Source: an uncultured Chloroflexia bacterium (GTDB lineage: Bacteria > Chloroflexota > Limnocylindria > QHBO01). Taken from it: a stretch of 64,000 nucleotides of DNA. The translations under genes were made by a program, and so were the position numbers. Position 1 is the first letter of the stretch. Every line of letters begins with the position of its first letter. The stretch spans positions 28,233 through 92,232 of the forward strand of contig CAWEPF010000002.1 in NCBI GenBank assembly GCA_963810925.1, written 5' to 3'. Under the pieces are notes generated by a model, which had not been told where the DNA came from, did no database searches, and worked only from the letters and a program-made list of their open reading frames with translations. Shown here in pieces: positions 38,987-48,491 of this stretch.

Positions 38987-39928
38987 ATGCGGAACTTCCG
39001 CATGCTCGCTGTCGGGGCGGTTGTCATGGCACTGCTGGTCAGTGCCTGCCAGCCGGGTGGCAGCAGCAGTCCCAGCCCGAGTTCCGGATCGCCCTCAGCA
39101 CCTGCGGAACTCCCCACCGTCAAGATCGGCTCGGCCGACTTTGACGAGTCGGCCGTCGTGGCCGAGATCTATGCGCAGGCGTTGGAGGCAGCCGGGTTCA
39201 CGGTCGAGCGTCACCTGTACTTCGGGTCGCGCGAGACGACCATCCCGGCTCTCGAGGACGGCGATCTGAACCTCATGCCCGAATACATCGGCAGCATGAC
39301 GGTCCAGCTCGGCGGCGAGGCTACCGCTGATGCGGATGCGACCTTTGCGGCGCTCCTGGACCTCCTCGCCGAGCACGACATGACCGCCTTCGACTTTGCC
39401 GATGCGGCCGACTCGGACGCGTTCGCGGTGACCTCGGAGACGGCCCAGGCCAAGAGCCTCACGACGGTCAGCGACCTCGCCCCCATCGCGGCGGACCTCA
39501 CCTGGGGCCTGCCGCCGGAGTGTGAGACCCGTCCGCAGTGCGGCATCGGGCTGAACGACCTGTACGGGATTGACGTCTCCGCCATCCCGGTGGAGACCAT
39601 CTCGCCGTGCGGAGCGGACATGGCCCAGGCCCTGGCCAGCGGTGCGATCGACGTGGGCCGGGTGTGCTCCACCCAGCCCGAGATCATCAGCGACAACCTG
39701 GTCGTCCTCGAAGACGACAAGGGGCTGGATCCGGCCCAGAACATGGCGCCGGTGCTCCGGCAGGACCTGGCCGACGGCGGCGGAGACCTCCTCCGCTCGA
39801 CGCTGAACGCCGTTTCGGCGGCCCTGACCACGGAAGACCTCACCCAGCTGTACTTCTCGGTGGCGGTCGACGTGAAGGACATCGCCGACGTGGCCCACAC
39901 CTGGCTCCAGGACAACGGCCTGCTGTAG
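38987..39928 (+). CDS. glycine betaine/choline-type ABC substrate-binding lipoprotein
   Basis: 313 aa. Lipobox MALLVSAC. IGSADFDESAVVAEIYAQALE and MPEYIGS motifs typical of OpuAC/OsmF-type binding proteins. Confidence 0.75.
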   Translation: MRNFRMLAVGAVVMALLVSACQPGGSSSPSPSSGSPSAPAELPTVKIGSADFDESAVVAEIYAQALEAAGFTVERHLYFGSRETTIPALEDGDLNLMPEYIGSMTVQLGGEATADADATFAALLDLLAEHDMTAFDFADAADSDAFAVTSETAQAKSLTTVSDLAPIAADLTWGLPPECETRPQCGIGLNDLYGIDVSAIPVETISPCGADMAQALASGAIDVGRVCSTQPEIISDNLVVLEDDKGLDPAQNMAPVLRQDLADGGGDLLRSTLNAVSAALTTEDLTQLYFSVAVDVKDIADVAHTWLQDNGLL

Positions 39929-39952
39929 GTCGACCCTGCTCCTGATACCGAT

Positions 39953-39978
39953 GGTGGCCGGCCGCAAGGCCGGCCACC
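39953..39978 (+). terminator. GC-rich hairpin after the ABC transporter operon
   Basis: GGTGGCCGGCC-GCAA-GGCCGGCCACC: perfect 11-bp stem and 4-nt loop, 25 nt after the stop. No U-tract. Confidence 0.5.
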
Positions 39979-40025
39979 GTGCTGTCCGGCGCGCCCGAGG
40001 TCGGGCGCCGATATGCTGCTGAGAG

Positions 40026-40658
40026 ATGAGCGAGCACCTCGAGCTGGCCGACTGGCGCCGGCAGGTCTGGCAGCTGTACCGCGAGCTGCGTGACGACCCC
40101 GACCCGGGAGCCGATCGGCTCCGCGCGTTCCGCGAGGGAAAGGACCGGCTGTTCGCCGCGCATCCCCAGTCACCGATTCCCGAAGCCGAGCGGGCGTCCT
40201 TTGCGGGTCTGGCCTACTGGCCGCTCGATCCGACACTTCGGCTGACCGCCCGCCTGGAGCCCGACGCGGAGGCGCCGCCCCTGGACCTGCCGGTGTCCAG
40301 CGGAGATCCGTTCGCGTTCAGCCGGGTGGGAAGGGTGTCGTTCCCTCTCGACGGCGCGACGCAGCGCCTGGCGGTGTACTGGTTGTCGGGATACGGGGGC
40401 GGCGTGTTCATCCCGTTCCGCGACGCAACCAGCGGCACGGAGACCTATGGCGGTGGCCGGTACCTGTGGGACTCGGTCAAGGGCGCGGACCTGGGATCGT
40501 CCGACGATGGGCTGGTCCTCGACTTCAACTACGCCTATCACCCCTCGTGCACCTACGACCCGCGCTGGAGCTGCCCGCTCGCCCCGCGAGACAACTGGCT
40601 GACGGTGCCCATCCGCGCCGGCGAGCGGCTGCCGGCCGGCTACGGAGCCTCGACATGA
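40026..40658 (+). CDS. DUF1684 domain protein
   Basis: 210 aa. ...FAGLAYWPLDP..R..., TETYGGGRYL, LDFNYAYHPSCTYDPRWSCPL pattern characteristic of DUF1684. Confidence 0.7.
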   Translation: MSEHLELADWRRQVWQLYRELRDDPDPGADRLRAFREGKDRLFAAHPQSPIPEAERASFAGLAYWPLDPTLRLTARLEPDAEAPPLDLPVSSGDPFAFSRVGRVSFPLDGATQRLAVYWLSGYGGGVFIPFRDATSGTETYGGGRYLWDSVKGADLGSSDDGLVLDFNYAYHPSCTYDPRWSCPLAPRDNWLTVPIRAGERLPAGYGAST

Positions 40659-41133
40659 GCGACGACCAGGGCGGCCTGCCCGGCGTTCGGCGCGTCGGGC
40701 AAGTGCCTCAAGTGCGGCCGGCCGGTCAACCCCGAGCAGACGATGTGCGAGGTCTGCAATGCCGCCGGCATGGTCGAGCCGGCCGCCACCCAGATGCACG
40801 GGACCCTGTTCGTGGCGATCGTCGGCTCGGTCGTGGGGCTCGGAGTCGTGGCCGCCATCCTGCTCGGTGGGGTCGGGCCGTTCACGAGCCACGTCATGGC
40901 CATCGGTCCGGTCGCCGAAGCCTCGGTCGTGGTGAACGTCGAGGTCCTCAACGAGGGCACCCGCGAGGGTCGCGCTCGCTGCGAGCTGACCGCCTACGAC
41001 GCGAATGACATCCCCGTGGCGCGCACGGTGACCCTGTCGCCCGCGGTTCCGCCCAGGGGGCTCGGTTCCGTTCGACGCCCAGATTCCGGGATTGACCGCC
41101 GACCCGGCCCGGGTCATGGTCCTCTGCCAATGA
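40655..41133 (+). CDS. zinc-ribbon membrane protein with extracytoplasmic beta-sandwich-like domain; two frame interruptions
   Basis: The ATG overlaps the DUF1684 stop (ATGA). CLKCGRPVNPEQTMCEVC (CxxC-x10-CxxC) and the TM LFVAIVGSVVGLGVVAAILLG are in ORF 40743..41288. The first ~8 codons and the last ~25 codons (...SVPFDAQIPGLTADPARVMVLCQ) are in other frames, with shifts near ~40670 and ~41060. Confidence 0.5.
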
Positions 41134-42865
41134 CGCCCATTCGCTGGCTCCTCGTTGCCATCGGGATCGTCGTGTTCGTCGTTCCGCGCTGGCCTTGTCG
41201 GTGGTCAGCGAGGTCGTTTCGCCTGCCCAGCCGCACTTTCCCCCGCCGGTGGAGAACCAGGCGGTGTACGACGTGGCCGAGGTGCTGACGCCCATCCGAG
41301 GAGGCGGCGCTCGAGGATCGGATCGACGCCCTCGAGTCACGCAGCGGCGCAGAGATGGCGATCTACCTCCAGGTGAGCCCGTCCCAGACCTTCGACTCCA
41401 ACCTCGCGTTGGCCGAGAGTCTGCTGAACGAGTGGGGCGTGGGTCGCCGCGGGTTCGACGACGGATTCGTGATCCTGGTCAGCTTCGAGACCAGCCTGGA
41501 GCACGGCGTCATCAGCACGTACGGCGGTGGCGGCTTCACGGTGGCGTACCTGGGCGTGGACGAGCAGCAGGCACTGATCAATGACGTCATCGGGCCGCGG
41601 TTCCAGCGAGGGCGACTTCACCGGCGGCCTCCTGGCGGCCATGGACGAGGTCGATGCCGCCGTCACCCCGGAGGCTACCGCCACGCTCAATGCGTACCGG
41701 GTCGCGAACGCGGTCATCGGTATCCCGGGCGGCATCCTGGCCTTCGTCCTGACGGCCGGCACCGCGTTCATCACCTGGCGCCGGGAGGGCGACGATCCGG
41801 AGGTCCTGGACTCCGAATCGGTGCTCATGGCGGGACCGCCGGCCGGCATGACCCCGCCGCTGGCCACCGTGGTCCGCGAGGGCCGCGCCTCGAAGGACGC
41901 GCTCCAGACGATCCTGATCGAGCTGGCCGGCACCGGGTTCATCCGATTCCGAAACCTCGATCGGGTGGGCCACGTGAAGAGCGACGACGATCCCAATCCG
42001 GAGACCGATCCGGCCATCGACCTCCTCAAGCCGCCGCGCGATCAGGCGGACCCGCGCGGACCGACCGGCGAGGCGTACCAGGTGCTCGTGAACCGGGGCG
42101 GCCTCGCGTGGGGGGGCGAGGCCCAAGGGATCACTGACCCGAGAGGCGCTGTGGGGCGTCAACGCAGCATTGAACCCGATCAAGCGCAGCCTCGAAGCGG
42201 AGGCGGTCCGCCTCGGCTGGTTCACCCGACTGCCGACGCCGGCCATCACCAAGTGGACGGTGATCGGCGTCCTGGAGGGGGCGGCGGGGGGCGGGCTCGC
42301 GTTCCTGGGCTTCACGATCCCGATGTCCGGCCTGACCCTGGTCGGCGTGGCGCTGATCGCCGGGGGGCTGATCACGTTTGCCTTCGGGACCCAGATGTCC
42401 AAGCGGACAAATACCGGGGCGTATGCGGACGCCATGCTCAAGGCGTATCGGCGAACGCTTCAGAAGACGATGCAGCAGGCGCAGTCCATGGCCGCGGTCG
42501 TCGCGGAGCCCACGGTGCGGATTCTCGCCGACACGCCCGACAAGGCGGTCATCTGGGGCGTGGCCCTGGGCCTGCGCGACGAGGTGAGCCAGGTCCTGAC
42601 CCGCGAGATGGCCGATCCGACGACCCAGGCCACGCTGGCGAGCTCCGGCGCGTACTACCCGGTGTGGTTCGGATCGTCGGGCGGCATGGGCGGAGACGGC
42701 GGCGGCGGGAGCCTGTTCTCTGGATCAGGCGTTCCCGACGTGGGCGGCATGATGGGAGCATTGGGCAGCGTGGGCTCGTCGCCACCGTCGTCGAGCAGCG
42801 GTGGCGGTGGCGGTTTCGGTGGTGGCGGTGGCGGGGGCGGAGGCGGCGCCAGCGGCGGCTTCTAG
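41130..42865 (+). CDS. TPM-domain / DUF2207-like membrane protein with Gly-rich C-terminus; about four frame interruptions
   Basis: ATGA overlap with the upstream gene. Segments in different frames: MTPIRWLLVAIGIVVFVV; VYDVAEVLTP; EEAALEDRIDALESRSGAEMAIYLQV...GFVILVS (TPM-like); DFTGGLLAAMDEV...; and the C-terminal TM pair plus GGGGGFGGGGGGGGGGASGGF tail (ORF 42170..42865). Shifts near ~41185, ~41296, ~41612 and ~42115. Confidence 0.55.
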
Positions 42866-42875
42866 AACCCCTCCA

Positions 42876-42903
42876 TTACAAACAACATGACAACATTTGA
42901 AAT
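42876..42903 (+). promoter_or_regulatory. candidate sigma-70-type promoter in an unusually AT-rich spacer
   Basis: TTACAA - 16 nt - TGAAAT, ~19 nt upstream of the ATG at 42922. The spacer contains the direct repeat ACAACAT-G-ACAACAT. Confidence 0.35.
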
Positions 42904-42921
42904 GTCCGGTATCGTTCGGGC

Positions 42922-43719
42922 ATGACATACGACCGCGACCGACGCCCCCGCCCCCGCCGACCGGACGACCGTCGGCCCAGCCCCGGCGGCTTCCGCCCGA
43001 ACGACCGACCGCGCCCCCAGCAGGGTGGCCGACCGCCCTACCAGAGCCGACCTCCACGCCCGCCGTATGCCGGCGCGGCCGATGAAGGCGCCATGTCCAT
43101 CCGACTCGATCCCCGGCACCTGGGAACGCTGCGGACGCTGGCTGGCGAAGCCGGTGTCCGGCCCGGCGAGCTGGTGACCTTGTGGGTCACCGAGCGCCTG
43201 GACGCAGAGCGTCGCGGCGCTCCCTCGCCCGGTGACATCAGCGCCGTGCTGGAGTCGTTGAACGACCGCATCGAGTCGCTGTCCCGACGGGTGGACGCCC
43301 TCGCCGCCGGCGGCGGCAAGGCCCGCGCCGAGGCTTCTGCACCGGAAGGGCCCAAGGCCGAGGCTCCGCAGGCAGAGGCCGCTCCGGCCGCCGACGCGGC
43401 GCCCAAGCGTCGCGGACGACCGCCCAAGACGACCGCCGCAACGAACGGGGTCAAGGCACGCCCGACGACCAGGAAGACCCCGCGTGGGAAGGGCAAGAAT
43501 CCGGCCGTCCCGCTCCACGATGAGATCGCCGCCGTCCTGGCCGAGCGAGGACCGATGAGCGCCGCCGACCTGGCGACCACCATCACCGAGCGGGCGATCT
43601 ACGCGCCGCCGCGGAGTGGCAAGCCACTCGACGCGACCGCGGTCAGCGTCCGGGTGTCGAACCCGCGCTATCGGTCTCGGTTCACGCGCTCGGGCGGGAT
43701 GATCGGTCTGGCGAGCTAG
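42922..43719 (+). CDS. hypothetical DNA-binding-like protein (Arg/Pro-rich N-terminus, RHH-like segment, AT-hook, C-terminal winged-helix-like domain)
   Basis: 265 aa. RRPRPRRPDDRRPSPGG... low-complexity head. MSIRLDPRHLGTLRTLAGEAGVRPGELVTLWVTERL resembles a ribbon-helix-helix unit. KRRGRPPK is an AT-hook core. The tail LHDEIAAVLAERGPMSAADLATTI... is HTH-like. Domain calls are by eye only. Confidence 0.45.
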   Translation: MTYDRDRRPRPRRPDDRRPSPGGFRPNDRPRPQQGGRPPYQSRPPRPPYAGAADEGAMSIRLDPRHLGTLRTLAGEAGVRPGELVTLWVTERLDAERRGAPSPGDISAVLESLNDRIESLSRRVDALAAGGGKARAEASAPEGPKAEAPQAEAAPAADAAPKRRGRPPKTTAATNGVKARPTTRKTPRGKGKNPAVPLHDEIAAVLAERGPMSAADLATTITERAIYAPPRSGKPLDATAVSVRVSNPRYRSRFTRSGGMIGLAS

Positions 43720-43742
43720 GGACAAGCTCCGGCGCCTGGGGC

Positions 43743-43946
43743 CTAGTCCTCGAGGACGAACGTCACCAGGATGTTGACCTGGAATTCGAGCTCGCCGTTC
43801 GGTCCCACCGCGACCCGCTGTTCCTTGACCCAGGCGCTTTTCACGCCGCGCAGTGTCTTGCGCGCGCGCCCAATACCCTGGCGCACGGCGTCCTCGAAGC
43901 TGTCGCTCGAGGTGCAGCTGAGCTCGGTGACCCTGGCTACCGACAT
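43743..43946 (-). CDS. dodecin-family flavin-binding protein
   Basis: 67 aa, MSVARVTELSCTSSDSFEDAVRQGIGRARKTLRGVKSAWVKEQ...VTFVLED; matches the dodecin size and sequence pattern. Confidence 0.75.
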   Translation of the reverse strand: MSVARVTELSCTSSDSFEDAVRQGIGRARKTLRGVKSAWVKEQRVAVGPNGELEFQVNILVTFVLED

Positions 43947-43994
43947 CGGTCTTCCTCCTGAGGCAATCGGGCAGCCAGTCTAGGCGCGATCCGG

Positions 43995-44937
43995 CTAGGG
44001 CAGGGTCAGGATGCGGCGCGGATTCTCGACCGTGATCCGCTCCAGCTCGCCCTCCCCCACCGCCGCCGTCCGGAGGGCGGGCAGGAAGTGCTGCTGGAGG
44101 TAGGTGTAGCCAAAGCCGCCATTCACCTTGAGCTGCCGGTCGTGGCACACGTCCTGGCTGAGCAGCACCTGGCTGCCGTACCCGCGCTCCAGGAGCTCGA
44201 CCAGCAGCTCCACGACGCGGGGCTCGCGCGCCTCGTCCACCGGGTCGAAGCGGTGGCCCAGGAAGTCGAACTGGAGGTTGGCGCCCCGCTCGAGGATGGC
44301 GAGGTAGTGGTCGAGGTCGGGCCACGAGTCGGCATGACCGATGACGACCCGCGCCGGGTCCACCCCCTCGCTCAGGAAGATCGCGAGCTGTTCGCGGCCA
44401 ACCGCTGACTGGACGCCGTGGGTGGTGATTGCCATGCCCGTCCGGAGGGAGGCCCGTGCCGCCGCCCGGTGGACGCGCTCCTCGAGGGCTGACACCCAGG
44501 GCTTGTCGGTCCCGATCTCGCCGATGATCCCGGGCCGCACGTGGCTCTCCCCGACGCCGTGCTCGAACTCGGCCACCAGCTCGTCGGCAAGGTCGTCCAC
44601 CGAGCGCCGGTCGATCCGCGCCTCGGCCGGGTAGTACGGGCCTCGATACCAACCGCAGCCCATGACGATGTGGACGGCGCTCGCGCTGGCCAGGCGACGC
44701 AGGCGCTCCGGGTCGCGGCCGATCCCCGGCAGGGTGAGGTCCACAACCGTTCGCCCGCCGCGTCGACGGAAGTCGCGCAGCTCCTCGGTGATGGTCAGCT
44801 CGTCCGCGGCCAGCTCCCAGTAGTCGAATCGACCCGGGACGTGCCACAGGGCAGACCTTGGTGTGCTCGTGCGGGAGAGCGAATCCCACCCGGTCGGGAG
44901 GGATAGGGCCAGCAACGGTCATTACCCGGGGAGCCAT
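43995..44937 (-). CDS. phosphotriesterase-related (PTER/amidohydrolase) protein; one frame interruption
   Basis: The N-terminus MAPRVMTVAGPIPPDRVGFALPHEHT (HxH metal motif) is at the start of ORF 42862..44937. The remainder is in ORF 43995..44915 (GIIGEIG, ITTHG, IGHAD, SQDV). Shift near ~44858. Confidence 0.75.
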
Positions 44938-45132
44938 GGCGGTACCTCGGTTTTGGGCGCCGGTCAGCGTTCAGCGGACTGCCGGTGCCTCGGGAACAAT
45001 TGGCCCAGCCATGGTGCCACCTCGCACCCATGCCGCGCAAAAGGGGTACCTCGCACGGGGCGCAAGTGCTACAACACCCCGAGTGGCCGCCCAAAATCGA
45101 CGGCCTGGACCACATTGGAGGTCAGTGCAGCG

Positions 45133-45762
45133 ATGAATCAGCGGCCAATGGGGGTAACCATTCTGGCGATCTTCGCCTTTATTGCCGGAGGGTTGGGCAT
45201 CCTCGGCAGCCTCGCCCTGCTGGGTGTGGGCGCATTGTTTTCGGCCTACGCCGGAGGCGGCGGACTGGCCTTCATCTTCGGAATCGTGGCGCTTCTTCTC
45301 AGCTTCCTCTACCTGTACATTGGCTATGGGTTCTGGACGCTGAAGCGGACCGCGTGGAGCCTCGGCCTGGTCGTGTTCGGGGCCGGCATCCTGATTGATG
45401 TCATCGAAACCGCGCTTGGCTATGGGGCCTGGTCCAGCGTCATCTTCACGATCATCATCAATGGCATTGTCCTGTACTACCTGTTGACGCCTGCGGTGAA
45501 GGCCGCGTTTGGCGTGACGGGTGATCTGCAGACCGCAGTCATGAGCGGGCTGCCCATGGGCGGTGGCGCAGCGGCCGGCAGCGCCGCAGCGGCATCTCCA
45601 GCAGCGACGCCAGCGGAAACGTATACCCCGCCCCCGGCACCGGCCGCAGCGCCGGAGCCGCCGGCCGCACCTCCGCCGGCCACCTCCAGCTGGGACGCAC
45701 CGAGCGACACCTCCTCGGGCGGTGGCGAGTCTCACGACGGAGGCGAGGGCGACACCGCCTAG
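45133..45762 (+). CDS. hypothetical membrane protein (4 TM, Ala/Pro-rich tail)
   Basis: The ATG at 45133 within ORF 44863..45762 is preceded by GGAGG. 209 aa with four hydrophobic helices, then a PPPAPAAAPEPPAAPPPA tail. Confidence 0.55.
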   Translation: MNQRPMGVTILAIFAFIAGGLGILGSLALLGVGALFSAYAGGGGLAFIFGIVALLLSFLYLYIGYGFWTLKRTAWSLGLVVFGAGILIDVIETALGYGAWSSVIFTIIINGIVLYYLLTPAVKAAFGVTGDLQTAVMSGLPMGGGAAAGSAAAASPAATPAETYTPPPAPAAAPEPPAAPPPATSSWDAPSDTSSGGGESHDGGEGDTA

Positions 45763-45795
45763 CTGAGCGGTTGCATCTCGCGCACGAAACCTCTC

Positions 45796-45830
45796 GTGGG
45801 CGCCCGGCGGTCAGCCGCCGAGGCGCCCAC
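45796..45830 (+). terminator. long GC-rich hairpin between the membrane-protein gene and the GDH paralog
   Basis: GTGGGCGCC-CGGCGG-TCA-(G)CCGCCG-A-GGCGCCCAC: ~15 bp of pairing with one bulge. No U-tract. Confidence 0.4.
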
Positions 45831-45853
45831 GCTGGTTCACTGAGGGGAACGAC

Positions 45854-47119
45854 ATGAGCGGCGAATCGTCGGGCAACGGCGTCGATCCCTGGGGCGCCGC
45901 CCAGGCCGAATTGGACGCGGTGGCCGAGCGGCTCGAGCTGGACGAGGGCATGCACCGCGTCCTGCGCGTTCCCAAGCGCGAGCTCGAGGTGCACTTTCCC
46001 GTCCGATTCGACGACGGGCATACGGATGCCATGACCGGGTGGCGGGTCCAGCACAACCTCAACCGTGGACCGTCGACCGGCGGCGTGCGCTACACGCCCG
46101 ACCTGACCCTGGCCGAGGTGCGGGCCAACGCCATGCGCAACACCTGGAAGGCGGCCCTGGTCGAGATCCCCTACGGCGGGGCATTCGGCGGCGTAGTCGC
46201 CAACCCCAAGGCCATGTCCGCCCACGAGGTCGAAGGCCTCACCCGGCGGTTCACGACCGAGATCAGCTCGATCATCGGTCCGGCGCGGGACATCCCGATG
46301 CCGGACGTGAACACCGATGACCAGACCATGGCCTGGATGATGGATACCTACTCCATGCACCGCGGCTACACGGTGCGCGCCGTGGTGACCGGGAAGCCGC
46401 CGGCCATTGGCGGCACGCGGGGCCAGCGCGAAGCGGTCAGCCGCGGGGCGCTGCGGGCCATCGAGGCCGTCGCGGCCCAGCAGCAGCTGGCGCTCGATGG
46501 CGCCCGGGTCGTGGTCCAGGGCTTCGGACGAGTGGGCACGATCTTGGCCGAGATGCTGGCCGGCGCCGGCGTCCGAATCGTGGTCCTGGCCGACGATCAC
46601 GTCGCGGTCCGAAACCCGGGGGGAATCGCGATCGGTCCCGCGCTGGCCCACATGGTCGAGCACGACTCCGTGGCAGGCCTGCCCGGTTCGGAGCCCGTGG
46701 ATCGGGACGCCGTCTTCGGCGAGGCTTGCGACGTCCTGGTCAGCGCCGGCCTGCAGCACCAGATCACCCGGGCCAACGCGGGGTCCATCCAGGCCACCAT
46801 CGTCGCCGAGACGGCGACCGCGCCCACCACACCCGAGGCGGATGCCGTTCTCCGTGACAAGGGAGTAGCCGTGATCCCCGACATCCTGGGGACCGCCGGC
46901 GGATTCGTGGTGGGCTACTTCGAATGGGTCCAGGACCTCCAGTCGTTCTTCTGGACCGATGACGAGGTGACCGCGGAGCTGGACCGAGTGATGGACCGGG
47001 CCACCGCCGCGGTGCTGGCCGAGGCGGCCGAGCACCAGGTGGACCTCCGAACGGCCGCGCTGATGGTGGCCGTCCGGCGGGCTGCAGAGGCGACCACGCT
47101 GCGCGGCCTATACCCTTAA
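45854..47119 (+). CDS. Glu/Leu/Phe/Val dehydrogenase-family paralog lacking catalytic residues (probable pseudoenzyme)
   Basis: 421 aa, collinear with the canonical GDH at 17137..18402. Differences: GPSTGGVRY (Lys to Thr), PYGGAFGG (catalytic Lys to Phe), ETATAPTTPEAD (ANGP lost), and TAGGFVVGYFEW (Asn and Ser lost). Confidence 0.8.
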   Translation: MSGESSGNGVDPWGAAQAELDAVAERLELDEGMHRVLRVPKRELEVHFPVRFDDGHTDAMTGWRVQHNLNRGPSTGGVRYTPDLTLAEVRANAMRNTWKAALVEIPYGGAFGGVVANPKAMSAHEVEGLTRRFTTEISSIIGPARDIPMPDVNTDDQTMAWMMDTYSMHRGYTVRAVVTGKPPAIGGTRGQREAVSRGALRAIEAVAAQQQLALDGARVVVQGFGRVGTILAEMLAGAGVRIVVLADDHVAVRNPGGIAIGPALAHMVEHDSVAGLPGSEPVDRDAVFGEACDVLVSAGLQHQITRANAGSIQATIVAETATAPTTPEADAVLRDKGVAVIPDILGTAGGFVVGYFEWVQDLQSFFWTDDEVTAELDRVMDRATAAVLAEAAEHQVDLRTAALMVAVRRAAEATTLRGLYP

Positions 47120-47126
47120 GGGCACG

Positions 47127-48491
47127 GTGGCGACCGAGCACGATCGACCGGAGCAGTACGGCGGGGACGGCCTGGATCTCGCCCGGGACCGCCTGACCCT
47201 CCGCTTCGAGAACCACGACCTGGAGCGAGAGTTCCAGGTTGACCTGGGCGAGCGCCTCACCTTCCAGCTCCAGGGTGGGCTCGTCCTGGGGTTGTCGCTG
47301 TGGGTGACCGCGGCCGCCCTCCTGCCCCTGATCTACGGGACCGACCCGGCGCGAATGGCGATTGCCGTCGCCATTCCCATCGTCGTCCTGGTAGGTGCGT
47401 TCATCGCGGTCAGTCGCGTTCGGAGCTGGGATGCGCAACAGGCGATCAACGGGATCACGAATTTCGTGGGCGGGCTGTCGATGATCTACGTCGCCACGAC
47501 GGTGGTGGGGGTGCCCGAGCTCCTCTCCGCTGCGCTCACGCTCAACGCGATCTTCGCCTTCAGCGTGGTGCGGATGGGCTTCGTGGCGGGCCTGGCCGCC
47601 CAGCTGCCGGTTCTCCTGTGGCTCGGGGCGCTGGCCTGGATCGGCGAGTACCCCGAGATCGGGTGGTTCGGGGTCTTCATCGTGGCAAGCGCCATGGGTG
47701 TCGCCGCGTTCGGGGCCTACATGCTCGAGTCGTCGAGCCGCGCGCGCTTCCTCCAGCGGCAGGCGCTCAAGGAGCAGCGCGAGGCACTGGCCCTAGAGAT
47801 GAAGAAGTCGGACGCGCTCCTGCGTTCCATGCTGCCCCCATCCGTCGCGGAGCGCCTCCGCGACCAGCCCGGGGTCATCGCCGACGCGATCGACGAGGCG
47901 ACGGTCATCTTCTCGGACATCGTGGGCTTCACGACGATCGGTTCCGAAATGGCCCCAACCAATGTCGTGTCCATCTTGAACCAGCTCTTCGGTCGCTTTG
48001 ACGAACTCGCCGTCGAGCACGGCCTCGAGAAGATCAAGACCATCGGCGACGGCTACATGGCCGTGGCTGGGGCGCCACTTCCCGTGGCGGACCACGCCGA
48101 CCGCGCGGTGCGGTTCGGCCTCGAGCTGGTCCAGACCACCGAGGCGCTGGGCGCCGAGGTGGGGGTTCCCCTCCGGTTGCGGGTCGGGATCCATTCCGGA
48201 CCACTGGTCGCCGGCGTCATCGGTCGCGACAAGCTCGCCTACGACCTGTGGGGCGACACGGTCAACGTGGCCAGCCGTATGGAATCGCAGGGCCTGCCCG
48301 GCCGCGTCCAGATCAGCGCCGCAACCGCCGAGCGACTCACCGTGGACCTCGCCCTCGAGCCGCGGGGGACGATCGAGGTCCGGGGGCGCGGACCGATGCG
48401 GGTCCTGCTGGTGGCGGCGGACGAAGCGCCCGCGGCTGCGGGCGCGGTCGAGTTGCCGCCCGATGAGCCAGCCGTGAAGATGCCCGCGTGA
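47127..48491 (+). CDS. membrane-anchored class III adenylate cyclase
   Basis: 454 aa. ~6 TM N-terminal half, then a CYCc domain: [23 protein letters not shown] (substrate Lys), [31 protein letters not shown] (Asp at the purine-specifying position). Confidence 0.85.
   Translation: MATEHDRPEQYGGDGLDLARDRLTLRFENHDLEREFQVDLGERLTFQLQGGLVLGLSLWVTAAALLPLIYGTDPARMAIAVAIPIVVLVGAFIAVSRVRSWDAQQAINGITNFVGGLSMIYVATTVVGVPELLSAALTLNAIFAFSVVRMGFVAGLAAQLPVLLWLGALAWIGEYPEIGWFGVFIVASAMGVAAFGAYMLESSSRARFLQRQALKEQREALALEMKKSDALLRSMLPPSVAERLRDQPGVIADAIDEATVIFSDIVGFTTIGSEMAPTNVVSILNQLFGRFDELAVEHGLEKIKTIGDGYMAVAGAPLPVADHADRAVRFGLELVQTTEALGAEVGVPLRLRVGIHSGPLVAGVIGRDKLAYDLWGDTVNVASRMESQGLPGRVQISAATAERLTVDLALEPRGTIEVRGRGPMRVLLVAADEAPAAAGAVELPPDEPAVKMPA

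Noticed and set aside
42862-44937. A 691-aa minus-strand ORF spanning four other genes.
   Set aside because: Only its first ~25 codons are meaningful (MAPRVMTVAGPIPPDRVGFALPHEHT, the true N-terminus of the phosphotriesterase-like gene). The rest runs antisense to or out of frame with the dodecin gene, the 42922..43719 gene and the DUF2207 tail.
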